DNA of 54,287 nt from Pseudomonadota bacterium (GTDB lineage: Bacteria > Desulfobacterota > QYQD01 > JAZDGK01), in contig JAZDGK010000066.1 in the NCBI GenBank assembly GCA_043806955.1, forward strand, positions 1 to 54,287. The letters are read 5' to 3'. The notes under the pieces are model-generated. The model worked only from the letters and a program-made list of their open reading frames with translations. It did not search any database and was not told the DNA's origin. This document shows positions 27,131 through 37,240 of the stretch, piece by piece. A program made the position numbers and the translations under genes. Every line of letters starts with the position of its first letter. Position 1 is the first letter of the stretch.

Positions 27131-28294
27131 TCACTCCATCCCCTCGTAAGCCAACTCGTAAAGCCTTTCCACTTCCTCCACGGTCACGGTCCGCGGATTA
27201 TTTGCTATCGGACGTGCAACCGTCATGGCGATTTTGGCCATCTTCGGTATATCTTTTTTCGGGATTCCAAGATCTTTGATTGTGCTCGGAATCCCGATAT
27301 CCGCATTCAATATTGCCAGGGTTTCCGAAGCAAGCTCAGCGGCTCCCCGGGCCGAATATGCGCCGGTATCTTCTCCCAGGATTTCCGCTATCCGGGCAAA
27401 CTTTTCCAGATCTCCCACCAGGTTGAAAAGAGCTACGTAAGGAAGCAGAACAGCGTTGGCCAGGCCATGAGGAATACGATGCATCCCGCCGAGCGGATAA
27501 GCCATGGCGTGCACGAGTCCGACCCCGGCAACGGCCAGAGAAAGCCCCCCGAAAAGGCTGCCCAGGAGCATCTTCTCCCTTGCCTCAATATCGTCTCCCC
27601 GGCAGCATGCCCGCCGGATATTCTGGGATATGAGGCGCATGCCCTCTGTGGCCCAAAGGTCTGAAAAGGGCTGAGCCGCTCTTGAAACATAAGACTCGAG
27701 GGCGTGGGTAAAGGCATCAATGCCGGTAAAGGCTGTCACCAGCGGAGGTACTGACACGGTAAGAGCGGGATCGAGAATGGCCAGCTCGGGATAAAGATAC
27801 TCACCGTTTATCCCCCCTTTGGACTTGGTCTTCTCATTGATGAAGACCGCTGTGAAGCTTACTTCGCTACCCGTACCCGCGGTCGTCGGTATCATTATCT
27901 TAGGAATGCCGGGTTTTTCGATCTTGTTAAGCCCGACGTAATCAACCGCCTTCCCTTTGTTCGTCACGAGAACGGCAACGGCTTTAGCTACATCCATTGC
28001 TGAACCGCCTCCTGCCCCGATTACGCAGTCACATCCTTCCTTACGGGCCAAGGCAGCCGCACTATCCGCAATCTTAAGGCCCGGTTCCGGATCCACGTCT
28101 TCGAACAGGACATACTGAATTCCTGCTCCCTTGAGCGGATCCTCAAGTTTTTCCAGGAGGTCCGACCGGCGGAGTGACGGATCGGCAACCAGAAAAGCCT
28201 TGGCGCCCTTCAGACTCTTGACCTCATCTCCCAGCCCGCTGGTCTCACCAACACCGAATCTTATGGAAGTTGCAAGTTTGAATGAGAATTTCAT
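27131..28294 (-). CDS. iron-containing alcohol dehydrogenase family protein
   Basis: GAGGGSAMDVAKA together with His-rich metal motifs (HALESY, HAMAYPLGGMHRIPHG). Start chosen at MKFSFKL. Confidence 0.9.
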   Translation of the reverse strand: MKFSFKLATSIRFGVGETSGLGDEVKSLKGAKAFLVADPSLRRSDLLEKLEDPLKGAGIQYVLFEDVDPEPGLKIADSAAALARKEGCDCVIGAGGGSAMDVAKAVAVLVTNKGKAVDYVGLNKIEKPGIPKIMIPTTAGTGSEVSFTAVFINEKTKSKGGINGEYLYPELAILDPALTVSVPPLVTAFTGIDAFTHALESYVSRAAQPFSDLWATEGMRLISQNIRRACCRGDDIEAREKMLLGSLFGGLSLAVAGVGLVHAMAYPLGGMHRIPHGLANAVLLPYVALFNLVGDLEKFARIAEILGEDTGAYSARGAAELASETLAILNADIGIPSTIKDLGIPKKDIPKMAKIAMTVARPIANNPRTVTVEEVERLYELAYEGME

Positions 28295-28393
28295 TTCTAA
28301 CGTTCCTTTTCTGTGTAATTTCACTTAGTTATTGGCACAGAGCGAACAGTATAACAGAGTCTCTTTTCCTTTTCAAACCAAAACTGGCCGGAG

Positions 28394-28556
28394 GGTGCAA
28401 GTAGAAGTGGGACTATGGCCGCTTGGAACACTGTTGAATTAAGCCAACGTTGAGAAAACATCCCAGTGGCACAGCCGAGGGTGGCTGTGCTGCATGACCA
28501 TGACCTGAATCTATAAAAGGAGACCTGACATCCAGTCCCACTTATACTTGCACCCT
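28394..28556. repeat. RH family palindromic element
   Basis: TIR ggtgcaagtagaagtgggact / agtcccacttatacttgcacc. The core contains the gtggcacagccg...cggctgtg hairpin. A second copy lies at 40883-41046. Confidence 0.85.
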
Positions 28557-28606
28557 GGAAAACCAGCGTGTTTGACATCTGACCCCGCATCCGATAACCT
28601 GTTCTC

Positions 28607-28700
28607 ATGTTTTCCTTCCGAAAGATCCTCTGTCCCACTGACTACAGCGAGCCGTCATACGAGGCCTTGGCCGGAGCTGCGGAGCTGGTCCGCCGAATAG
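28607..28700 (+). pseudogene. universal stress protein N-terminal fragment
   Basis: MFSFRKILCPTDYSEPSYEALAGAAELV resembles a UspA N-terminus. The rest of the ORF is not USP-like. Confidence 0.35.
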
Positions 28701-28842
28701 GCGGGACGGGGGGGTGTAGCGGCCAAGACTTCACTTCCTCGACTCTTATTTCAACAGCATTGCCCCCCCTCCGGACAGCACATCCGATCTCGAACAAAAC
28801 CGTTTTCAGATACGATCTGTCACCCAAAAAACCAGAATACTA

Positions 28843-29022
28843 AGTACAGATCCACACAAATGGGTATCCAAAATGGGTTCGTAACACGAGACGCGGATAG
28901 GCGGGGTTTTCTAACCCCGCCCACAATGGACGTCTCGGTCGCCGGGCGGCCCCCTGGAAAGGGCCGCCTATCCGACGGGGGGATTTCAGCATAATGGATA
29001 CCTTCTTATGTGGAGCTGTACT
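28843..29022. repeat. RI family palindromic element
   Basis: Ends are agtacagatccacac / tgtggagctgtact. The core ataggcggggttttctaaccccgcc...ggccgcctatcc is shared with 46437-46577. Confidence 0.8.
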
Positions 29023-29120
29023 AAGTCAGATCCGGTTCGTACCGATAAGCTATACGAGCGGCTATATACAGATTAGTCCAAACGGGCTTGCGTTTGGATA
29101 GGATCGCAGGGGGTGGAACC

Positions 29121-30719
29121 ATGAAGGTAACTTGTCTTGGTGCAGCGCGGACCGTGACCGGATCCTCATTTCTCCTGGAGACTGATGACGCACGTATTCT
29201 TCTGGATTGCGGCATGTTTCAGGGCGGGAAAGAGATACAGAGAAGAAATGATACATTCCACCATTCAGCAGGAGACTTGGACTTCTTACTCCTGACCCAC
29301 GCCCATATCGACCACAGCGGCTTGGTGCCGAAGCTGGTCAAGGAAGGCTTCAAGGGCCGGATCGTCAGCACAAAGGCCACCTTCGAGCTATGCCAGATCA
29401 TGCTCCGGGACAGCGCCCATATCCAGGAGATAGAGGCGGAGTGGGACCACAAACGAAACAAGCGCCAAGGGAAGCGAGGCATGCCTCCGATCCCCTTGTA
29501 CACGCTAAGAGATGCGGAATCAAGTCTCAACTTCTTCAAGCCCGTGAACTATGGGGAAATGATCAAGCTGACTTCCAAAATCTCGGCGAGATTTCTTGAC
29601 GCGGGGCATATCCTTGGCTCCGCCTTTATTGAAATATGGGACCATAACGAAAATCCACCTCTAAAAATAGTCTTCTCTGGCGATATCGGCCAAAAGGGAC
29701 AGATGCTCGTTTCCGATCCAACTCCGATTAAGGAGGCGGATTTCCTCTTTATGGAGTCCACCTATGGTAATCGCCTCCACAAGAGCAAGGAGAGAACACA
29801 CAAAGAGCTTCTCAGCGCCATTAGAGGAGCAGTGAAGGACCGTGAAAAGGTCATAATCCCTGCCTTCGCGGTGGAACGAACCCAGGAGCTCATCTACATC
29901 CTGAGCCGTTTTTATCACGAAGGACTCTTGGCGGAAGTGCCCATTTACATAGACAGCCCTCTCGCCATTTCAGCTACGGAGGTCTTTCGCAATAATCCAC
30001 AGTTCTTGAATGACCAGACAAACATACTTCTGGACAGGGGGGACCACCCGCTCATACTGCCGACGCTTTCCTTCACTCGCACCACTGAGGAATCCCGCGC
30101 GGTCAACAATGGCGAGGGGCCTTGCATAATCATTGCCGCAAGCGGGATGTGCGATGCCGGCCGGATAAAACACCATCTCCGCAATAACCTGTGGCGCCCC
30201 GGCGCACATATCGTCTTTGTAGGTTTTCAGGCGAAAGGGACTCCGGGCCGGCAGATCGTAGACGGTGCACCCAAAGTCAAAATCTTCGGTGAAGAAATTG
30301 CGGTAAAAGCCAATATACATACACTTGGCGGCTTTTCAGCCCATGCGGATCAGGGTGAACTCCTCCGGTGGCTCGGGAATTTTACAAACCCCGCTCTTAA
30401 GGTTTTTGTTGTCCACGGAGAAGAAGAGGCCAGCCTGGAGTTTGTAAAGGCCATCGAACGCACGTACTGGCTGGAAGCCAAAGCCCCGGAATGGCTGCAG
30501 ACGATTGAGCTCTCGCGCGGCCCCCGAAAGCCCGAGATGGAAAAACCCCAGTCTGTTCAAGTCTTACCGAATATAGAGAAGATTGAGCTCGAAATCCACA
30601 GACTCAAAAACAAGCTTTACAGCAAAGGGCAGACTGACCCGTCGGAAAAGGAAGAAGCACGGGATAAGCTGAAAGCTATGAACGCAGAACTGCAAGGCAT
30701 CCTGGAAATACTCGAATAA
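29121..30719 (+). CDS. MBL-fold beta-CASP RNA-metabolising hydrolase
   Basis: LLTHAHIDHSG (HxHxDH) motif, beta-CASP region and a C-terminal HGE motif, plus a roughly 70-aa charged tail. Confidence 0.85.
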   Translation: MKVTCLGAARTVTGSSFLLETDDARILLDCGMFQGGKEIQRRNDTFHHSAGDLDFLLLTHAHIDHSGLVPKLVKEGFKGRIVSTKATFELCQIMLRDSAHIQEIEAEWDHKRNKRQGKRGMPPIPLYTLRDAESSLNFFKPVNYGEMIKLTSKISARFLDAGHILGSAFIEIWDHNENPPLKIVFSGDIGQKGQMLVSDPTPIKEADFLFMESTYGNRLHKSKERTHKELLSAIRGAVKDREKVIIPAFAVERTQELIYILSRFYHEGLLAEVPIYIDSPLAISATEVFRNNPQFLNDQTNILLDRGDHPLILPTLSFTRTTEESRAVNNGEGPCIIIAASGMCDAGRIKHHLRNNLWRPGAHIVFVGFQAKGTPGRQIVDGAPKVKIFGEEIAVKANIHTLGGFSAHADQGELLRWLGNFTNPALKVFVVHGEEEASLEFVKAIERTYWLEAKAPEWLQTIELSRGPRKPEMEKPQSVQVLPNIEKIELEIHRLKNKLYSKGQTDPSEKEEARDKLKAMNAELQGILEILE

Positions 30720-31320
30720 TGTTTGAACCGCATGCGCTCAGGGGTCGCAGGAGCCTGTTGCCCGAATTGACTTCCCCTCTCCCCGCGGGGAGAGGAAATC
30801 ATGCCTGCATTCAATAGCCTGCGCCGCACACTCCCGGCGCTTTCCCGCAGGCACGATTTATGTATAGTGGGAAGTGCCAGCCCGAATGCGCCCCCTCCGT
30901 GCCCCCGCACCCGCTTCCGCATGTGGAAACTTTCTTCCATCAAATGAGAATCTAACTACACATTTAATGGAAGTGTATTTCCTAGAATCATCTCCCTATC
31001 CGTCATAACCTTCGGATGCGTCGTGATAATAATCTAACCAGAATCCGGCATACTCGTTGCAAGTGAATACAGGCGTCTGTATGGAACCGGGGAGGGTGCC
31101 CCGCATCGTTCGGGACTGTTTGTTCATACGGGATTCGGTATTCGGAGATATTACTCCGGTACGATCGTTTCCGGCCGACAGCAATTGCAGAACGAAGGAC
31201 TTTGCGGGAATCAGGATCAAAGGCATTTCCTCCCGGATAATGCGGGCAACTTCTCCTCACAGGTTTTCATCATCAATCGGACGAATCAAAGAGGTTTGTT
31301 GGGCGCATAAGACGGCGCCA

Positions 31321-31389
31321 GGAGCCCGTCGGGCTTGGGGATCGTCACCAGGGATGGGCGATAGATGATGTCTAAGTCTGACAGGCTCC
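31321..31389. repeat. RA element, internally deleted (69 bp)
   Basis: ggagcccgtcgggcttggggatcgtcacc...tctaagtctgacaggctcc retains only the terminal stems. Confidence 0.7.
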
Positions 31390-31491
31390 TGGACTATTCC
31401 GAAAGAAGGGGGGGTGATCATCGTACAGGCTGCTATTTGTTGACAACGACTTGGAGATAAATTTTAAAATGCAAAAAGGAAAGGAATAATT

Positions 31492-34400
31492 ATGAGTAGA
31501 GCGCAAATCGTATACTATCTGAAGTTTCTGCTGGTTTTGCTCGTTACCGTTCTAATGGGTGCGGGTGCAGGGGGTTCTTCCGTTCTTGCAGCCAATCTCG
31601 ACGTTCCCGGTGATTTCAGCACCATTCAGGCCGCCGTTGACGCCTCCGTGGATGGAGACGTGGTAATCGTTGCACCGGGGACGTACACCGAGAACATCGA
31701 TTTTCTCGGAAAAGCGATCGCCGTGAGAAGCGCTCAGCCGAACAATCCGGCCATTGCAGATGCCACCGTGATTGACGGGGGCGGAGTGGGAGCGGCAGTT
31801 ACTTTCAAAGGCGGCGAGGGAGTCAGCTCGGTATTGAACGGGCTCACCATAGAAAACGGAAATGACGGCTGCGGTGGCGGGATTTCCTGCCAGCAGTCTT
31901 CACCTTCAATTATGAATTGCCGCATTAGGCAGAATCGAGGTCAGCACGGAGGCGGCATCGGCTGCCTGTCCGGGGCAGCCCCTGTTATCGTAAATTGCCT
32001 GATATACTCCAATGAAGCTGACCTGACCGGGGGGGGCATATACGCGGATGCAGACTCCTGTCCGGTTATCACTAACTGCGTCATAGCCGATAATGACACG
32101 TCGTTATTCGGCGGCGGAGGCCTTTATTGCGTCGAAGCCATTGTTACTAACTGCATTGTCTGGGGAAATTACCCGAATGGCCTCTTCGCCTCCGAAGATG
32201 CGGTTATGTTCTCGGATATTCAGGAAAGCAAGGGTGGGTCGGGCAATATCAGCGCGGACCCCGTTTTTGTGAATGCGGCTGCCGGAGACTATCACGTGGC
32301 CGAAGACTCTCCCTGCATCGATGCGGGCAGCAATGAGGCTCCCGGTCTCCCGGCTACCGACAAGGACGGTAATCCTCGTATTCTCAACGTAGTCGTAGAC
32401 ATGGGTGCATTTGAAGCGCCTGAACCGGAAATCGATCCGGACGTTATCACGGTTACCATCCAGGCCGGAGATCCGGAGGCGGCTGAACCGGATAAAGGTC
32501 CGGTCAACACCGGGAAGTTCACCGTTGTCCGTGAAGGAAACATCAACTCCGAATTGATCGTGAAATATAAGGTGACCGGTACGGCAACTGCCGGCGCCGA
32601 CTACACCCAACTGTCAGGGACTGTGACCATCCCGGCTAAAAAAACCGAGGCGGACATTATTGTCACCCCCCTCCAGGACCAGGACTATGAGGGTGACGAG
32701 ACGGTAGTAGTCACTCTTACAACGAGCGTTTCTTACACCATAGGTTCACCTGGAAATGCAGAGGTCGTAATCAAAGACAACGACCGTCCGACCATAACTA
32801 TTCAGACTACCGACGCTGAAGCGGCCGAGCCCGGCAATGGTCCCGTCAATACGGGAAAATTCACTCTGACGCGTACCGGGAAGACGGACGCCGAGTTCGC
32901 CGTAACCATAAAGGTCGCCGGCACGGCGATAAATGGGACCGATTACAGCGAAGTCGCAGACACGGTAACCTTTCCGGCAAAAAAGGCTGATGCCGTCATT
33001 ATCATAACCCCTTCCCAGGATACGGATTTCGAAGGCGACGAAACAGTAGTTGTCTCGCTTGTAAGCAACCCTTCGTACATTATCGGTTCGCCAAGCAGTG
33101 GGACTGTGACGATTAAGGATAATGACCGGCCGGACGTCAGCATCGTGGCCACGGACTCTGATGCCGCTGAACCGTCAAAGGGTCCGGTTAATACAGGGCG
33201 ATTTACCGTCAGCCGTACGGGAATTACGAGTTCCGAGCTTGTTGTGACCTACAAGGTCTCCGGAACAGCCGCAGCGGGTACCGACTATGCCGAGCTGGCC
33301 GGTTCCGTAACTATTCCGGCCAAGAAAGCCGAAGCGACCATCACGGTAACCCCGCTCCACGATGCGGATTTTGAAGGCGACGAAACGGTAGTAGTGACAC
33401 TTACAAGCAGCGTGTCTTATACTATCGCATCACCAAGCACTGATACGGTAACGATCAAAGACAATGATCTCGCCGTCGTAACCCTCGCGGCCACGGACGC
33501 TGATGCGGCCGAACCGGGTACCGGACCGGTCAATACCGGCAAGTTTACGGTCTATCGCACGGGAAACACCACCTCTGATCTGTCTGTAACGTACAAGGTT
33601 GCAGGAACGGCTACGGCTGGAACCGATTATACTGAATTGACCGGTTCTGTAACCATACCGGCCAAAAAAACCGAGGCCGTGTTCACCGTGACACCTCTCC
33701 ATGATGTTGATTCTGAAGCGAACGAGACTGTTGTCGCTACGCTGACCGTGAGCGCGGCGTACGCGATCGGCGCCCCAAGCTCCGGTATGGTAGTAATCAA
33801 AGATAACGACCTGCCGGTGGTAACGGTCAAAGCCACTGATCCCGAAGCGGCTGAGCCTTTCAGAGGACCGGTTAACACCGGGAAATTTACCGTCTATCGC
33901 ACCGGAATTACGGCGACTGCGGTGACGGTGACTTACAAAGTTGCAGGAACGGCTACGGCTGGAACCGATTATGCCGAACTGGTGGGCTCCGTAGTCATAC
34001 CGCCCAGAAAGACCGACGCGATCATCGTAGTCACCCCTCTCAACGATCTCGATTGTGAAGGGAACGAGACGGTGGTTCTTACACTCACCGTTGCCGAGGG
34101 GTATACTGTCGGCACGCCGAGCAGCGATACCGTAACTATCATAGATAATGACATCCCGACTGTGACTGTTGCGGCCACAGATCCGGAAGCCTCCGAGCCG
34201 AGAGTGGGACCGCTCAACACCGGCAAATTCACGGTCACCCGCAACACCACGGGTCCGGCGATGACTGTAAACTACACCGTTGCCGGTTCTGCGGCAGCCG
34301 GGGCTGATTATACAGAGTTGGCCGGTTCTGTAACTATTCCTGCCGGCAAGAGCGAGATCAGTGTTACCGTATCTCCTCTTGCTGACACAGAAGTGGAAGG

Positions 34401-35529
34401 GGATGAAACGGTAATCCTCAATCTCTCCGCCGGCGGTGGATATGTCGTCGGTAAGCCCGGCAGTGCAACAGTGGTAATCAAGGACGAAGACATGCCGAGC
34501 AAGCCGGTGATCACCGTTAAGGCTACAGATCCGGACGCGGCTGAGCCCTTCCGTGGCCCGGTCAACACCGGAAAATTCACCGTCTATCGCGCCGGGGATG
34601 CCGCGGCCGAGTTGACCGTAACTTACAAAGTCACGGGAACGGCTACAGGTGGAACCGATTATACCGAATTGACCGGTTCTGTAACCATACCGGCCAAAAA
34701 GACCGAAGCTCTTGTCACCATAACTCCTCTCCATGATCTCGACTTTGAAGGAGACGAGACTGTGGTGATTACCCTCTCTGCCGGTGTTGGGTATACGGTC
34801 GGTGTGCCGGCGAGCGACACGGTCGTGATCAAAGACGACGATCTACCGGCCGTGACCGTTGTGGCTACCGATCCGGATGCGGCTGAGCCCTCCCATGGTC
34901 CTGTAAATACAGGAAAGTTTACCGTCTATAGGACCGGGAATACCAGTGCTGAACTGATAGTGAGTTATAAAGTTGCCGGTACCGCCGGCGCCGGAACGGA
35001 TTACACGGCATTGACCGGTACTGTAACAATACCAGCCAAAAAGGCCGAAGCCGTCATCACTGTGACACCTCTCCATGATCTGGATTTCGAGGGACCGGAA
35101 AGCGTGATAGTGACTCTCGCCGTCGGCGCCGGCTACGTTGTCGGCAAGCCAAACAGTGATATCGTTGTGATTAATGACAACGACCTGCCCGCCGTCAGTG
35201 TGACTGCCACAGACCCTGCCGCGGCTGAGCCGTTCAGGGGGCCTGTTGATACGGGACGATTCACGATCACTCGGACAGGGAATGTATCCCTCCCGCTCAT
35301 CGTCCAGTACAAAGTAACGGGTACGGCAACCGCCGGAACCGATTATGCACAACCAAGTGGTTCGGTAACGATACCGGCGCGACAGACTTCCGCACAAGTG
35401 GTCATAACGCCGCTGAATGACACGGAACCCGAGAAGGACGAGACCGTGATACTTGAAATCCTCCCAGACCAGGCGTACGCTATCGGTACGCCAAAAAATG
35501 CCACGGTCACAATCATGGATAATGACTGA
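31492..35529 (+). CDS. secreted protein: parallel beta-helix N-domain plus 9 tandem Calx-beta domains
   Basis: Signal peptide, then beta-helix turns (NCRI/NCLI/NCVI/NCIV). After that come nine repeats of about 114 aa, each with AAEP..GPVNTGKFTV.R.G...Y.V.GTA..G.DY...G.VTIPA.K......TPL.D.D.EGDETVV.TL. The protein ends in DND directly before the stop. Confidence 0.9.
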   Translation: MSRAQIVYYLKFLLVLLVTVLMGAGAGGSSVLAANLDVPGDFSTIQAAVDASVDGDVVIVAPGTYTENIDFLGKAIAVRSAQPNNPAIADATVIDGGGVGAAVTFKGGEGVSSVLNGLTIENGNDGCGGGISCQQSSPSIMNCRIRQNRGQHGGGIGCLSGAAPVIVNCLIYSNEADLTGGGIYADADSCPVITNCVIADNDTSLFGGGGLYCVEAIVTNCIVWGNYPNGLFASEDAVMFSDIQESKGGSGNISADPVFVNAAAGDYHVAEDSPCIDAGSNEAPGLPATDKDGNPRILNVVVDMGAFEAPEPEIDPDVITVTIQAGDPEAAEPDKGPVNTGKFTVVREGNINSELIVKYKVTGTATAGADYTQLSGTVTIPAKKTEADIIVTPLQDQDYEGDETVVVTLTTSVSYTIGSPGNAEVVIKDNDRPTITIQTTDAEAAEPGNGPVNTGKFTLTRTGKTDAEFAVTIKVAGTAINGTDYSEVADTVTFPAKKADAVIIITPSQDTDFEGDETVVVSLVSNPSYIIGSPSSGTVTIKDNDRPDVSIVATDSDAAEPSKGPVNTGRFTVSRTGITSSELVVTYKVSGTAAAGTDYAELAGSVTIPAKKAEATITVTPLHDADFEGDETVVVTLTSSVSYTIASPSTDTVTIKDNDLAVVTLAATDADAAEPGTGPVNTGKFTVYRTGNTTSDLSVTYKVAGTATAGTDYTELTGSVTIPAKKTEAVFTVTPLHDVDSEANETVVATLTVSAAYAIGAPSSGMVVIKDNDLPVVTVKATDPEAAEPFRGPVNTGKFTVYRTGITATAVTVTYKVAGTATAGTDYAELVGSVVIPPRKTDAIIVVTPLNDLDCEGNETVVLTLTVAEGYTVGTPSSDTVTIIDNDIPTVTVAATDPEASEPRVGPLNTGKFTVTRNTTGPAMTVNYTVAGSAAAGADYTELAGSVTIPAGKSEISVTVSPLADTEVEGDETVILNLSAGGGYVVGKPGSATVVIKDEDMPSKPVITVKATDPDAAEPFRGPVNTGKFTVYRAGDAAAELTVTYKVTGTATGGTDYTELTGSVTIPAKKTEALVTITPLHDLDFEGDETVVITLSAGVGYTVGVPASDTVVIKDDDLPAVTVVATDPDAAEPSHGPVNTGKFTVYRTGNTSAELIVSYKVAGTAGAGTDYTALTGTVTIPAKKAEAVITVTPLHDLDFEGPESVIVTLAVGAGYVVGKPNSDIVVINDNDLPAVSVTATDPAAAEPFRGPVDTGRFTITRTGNVSLPLIVQYKVTGTATAGTDYAQPSGSVTIPARQTSAQVVITPLNDTEPEKDETVILEILPDQAYAIGTPKNATVTIMDND
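32440..35526 (+). repeat. coding tandem repeat, 9 units of about 342 bp
   Basis: Periodicity is seen in the translated Calx-beta units and in the recurring DNA strings (for example ccggtcaacaccgg[ga]aa[ag]ttcac). Confidence 0.85.
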
Positions 35530-35558
35530 GATTCTTTGGCAGGTAACGACCGAAAACG

Positions 35559-35593
35559 AAAAGAGCCGGGACAAGTTCCCGGCTCTTTTTTTG
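35559..35593. terminator. bidirectional rho-independent terminator
   Basis: Stem gagccggg/cccggctc (35563-70 / 35578-85) followed by a T7 run, with an A-rich tract upstream. It lies between convergent genes. Confidence 0.7.
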
Positions 35594-35638
35594 CCTCTAT
35601 CAGACGCAGGCAGTCGCACACACGATGATCCGGTCGGC

Positions 35639-37240
35639 TCACAAGAGCCTGTCTGACTTTTCATCCGCCTTGGCGCCGTAGTATCGCTCTATGCTCCTCA
35701 CCATTTCTTCTATCGTAAACCGTTCGGGCATAACGTGGATGGCAATTCCATATTGTCTCGCCGTTTCGGCTGTAATCGGCCCGATGCATGCTATGCTCAC
35801 GCCCTTAAGGAGCTCGCTGATAGATTCTCGGCCCATTATCTCCACAAAATTGCCGACCGTGGACGAGCTCGTGAATGTGATCATATCGATTTCCTTATTC
35901 TTGAAGAGTCCGGCCAGGCGATCTCTTTCTTTGGCCTCCGGTTTTACCGTCCTGTAAGCAGCAATCAGTTCTACGTGCGCCCCTGCTTCAGCCAGCTTTT
36001 GGGGCAATACTTCTCTGGCCTTTTCAGCACGGGGAATAAGGACTCTCTTCCCGTTGACGCCGGCTTTCTCCAGCCCCTCAATAACTCCTTCGGCTCTGTA
36101 CTCGGAGGGGATGTAATCGGGCAAGATATAGGCGTTTTCCAGAATCTCCGCCGTTTTCGGGCCGATCGCCGCAATTTTGCAATCTTTAAGCGCCCGAAGA
36201 TCAAGGCCCAGGACCTTCAGCCTTGCAAGAAAATTGCCGGCGCCATTGACGCTTGTAAAAACGATCCAGTCGAATTCTCTAAGCCGCCTTATCGCGTCGT
36301 CTAAAGGATCCCAGCTCTCCGGCGGGATAATGCAGATAGTGGGGAATTCCTCGCAGGCCGCTCCCAGTTTTTCCAGTCTGTCTACCAGTTCGCTCGCCTG
36401 CTCACGGGTCCTGGTAACAACGATCCGCCGGCCGAAGAGAGGCTTGCTCTCAAACCAGGAAAGCTTTTCGTGAAGGCCCACGACCTCGCCCACTACGGTA
36501 ATGGCCGGCGGCTTTATGCCTTTTTGGGAGACGAGATCCACAATATTTGCGAGGGTCCCGATTACTTTCTCCTGCTGCGCTGTTGTGCCCCAGCGGATGA
36601 CAGCGACGGGGGTATCAGGCGAACGGCCGTTTGAGGTAAGTCTTTCTACTATATGGGGCAGATTCTTAACTCCCATAAAAAAAACCAGGGTCCCAATACC
36701 GGTAGCTATCTTGTCCCAGGCGATATTGCTCTCCGACTTAGTGGGATCCTCATGCCCGGAGATAAAAGCAACACTGGTTGTATACTTTCTGTGTGTTAAA
36801 GGAATACCGGCATATGCCGGTACGGCAATGGCTGAAGTTATTCCCGGCACTATTTCGAAAAGCACGCCGGCGGCGACCAGTTCCTCCGCCTCTTCCCCCC
36901 CTCGCCCAAAGATGAACGGATCTCCTCCCTTCAACCGGGCAACCGTTTTGCCTTCCTTTGCTTTCGTGATGATTAACTCGTTTATGTCACCCTGTTCCAT
37001 TGCATGACAGCCGCCCTGCTTTCCCACGTAAACTCGTTCGGCTTTGTCAGGGGCGTAGTCAAGGAGGCGCTTGCTCGCAAGATAGTCGTATATTACGACA
37101 TCCGCTTCGGAGAGCACTTCCTTGGCCTTTAATGTCAACAGGCCGGGATCGCCCGGCCCTGCTCCAATCAGAAAGACTTTTCCTGTTGTTTTTGAACTAT
37201 CTTCCATATGACTCCATTCAGAATCGTTTCCAATGCGCAT
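35639..37240 (-). CDS. cobA/hemD: bifunctional uroporphyrinogen-III C-methyltransferase / uroporphyrinogen-III synthase
   Basis: N-terminal VFLIGAGPGDPGLLTLKA methylase domain and C-terminal HemD domain. There is a TGATG overlap with the hemC stop. Confidence 0.9.
   Translation of the reverse strand: MRIGNDSEWSHMEDSSKTTGKVFLIGAGPGDPGLLTLKAKEVLSEADVVIYDYLASKRLLDYAPDKAERVYVGKQGGCHAMEQGDINELIITKAKEGKTVARLKGGDPFIFGRGGEEAEELVAAGVLFEIVPGITSAIAVPAYAGIPLTHRKYTTSVAFISGHEDPTKSESNIAWDKIATGIGTLVFFMGVKNLPHIVERLTSNGRSPDTPVAVIRWGTTAQQEKVIGTLANIVDLVSQKGIKPPAITVVGEVVGLHEKLSWFESKPLFGRRIVVTRTREQASELVDRLEKLGAACEEFPTICIIPPESWDPLDDAIRRLREFDWIVFTSVNGAGNFLARLKVLGLDLRALKDCKIAAIGPKTAEILENAYILPDYIPSEYRAEGVIEGLEKAGVNGKRVLIPRAEKAREVLPQKLAEAGAHVELIAAYRTVKPEAKERDRLAGLFKNKEIDMITFTSSSTVGNFVEIMGRESISELLKGVSIACIGPITAETARQYGIAIHVMPERFTIEEMVRSIERYYGAKADEKSDRLL

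Noticed and set aside
30996-31226. 76-aa minus-strand ORF (MPLILIPAKSFVLQ...CNEYAGFWLDYYHDASEGYDG) in the 770-bp spacer upstream of the Calx-beta gene.
   Set aside because: No family was recognised, the GGAGG is only 2 nt from the ATG, and other equally long ORFs overlap it. It may be a gene relic, but I cannot support a call.
31390-31491. Possible c-di-GMP (GEMM) riboswitch upstream of the large secreted protein.
   Set aside because: I could not find the conserved GEMM-I/II core motifs or the paired P1/P2 architecture in the 100-nt leader.
32104-35664. Long minus-strand ORFs (168, 434 and 273 aa, among others) antisense to the Calx-beta gene.
   Set aside because: They lie entirely within the repetitive plus-strand gene and have low-complexity Arg/Gly/Ser-rich translations with no motifs. 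They are explained by the codon periodicity of the repeats.
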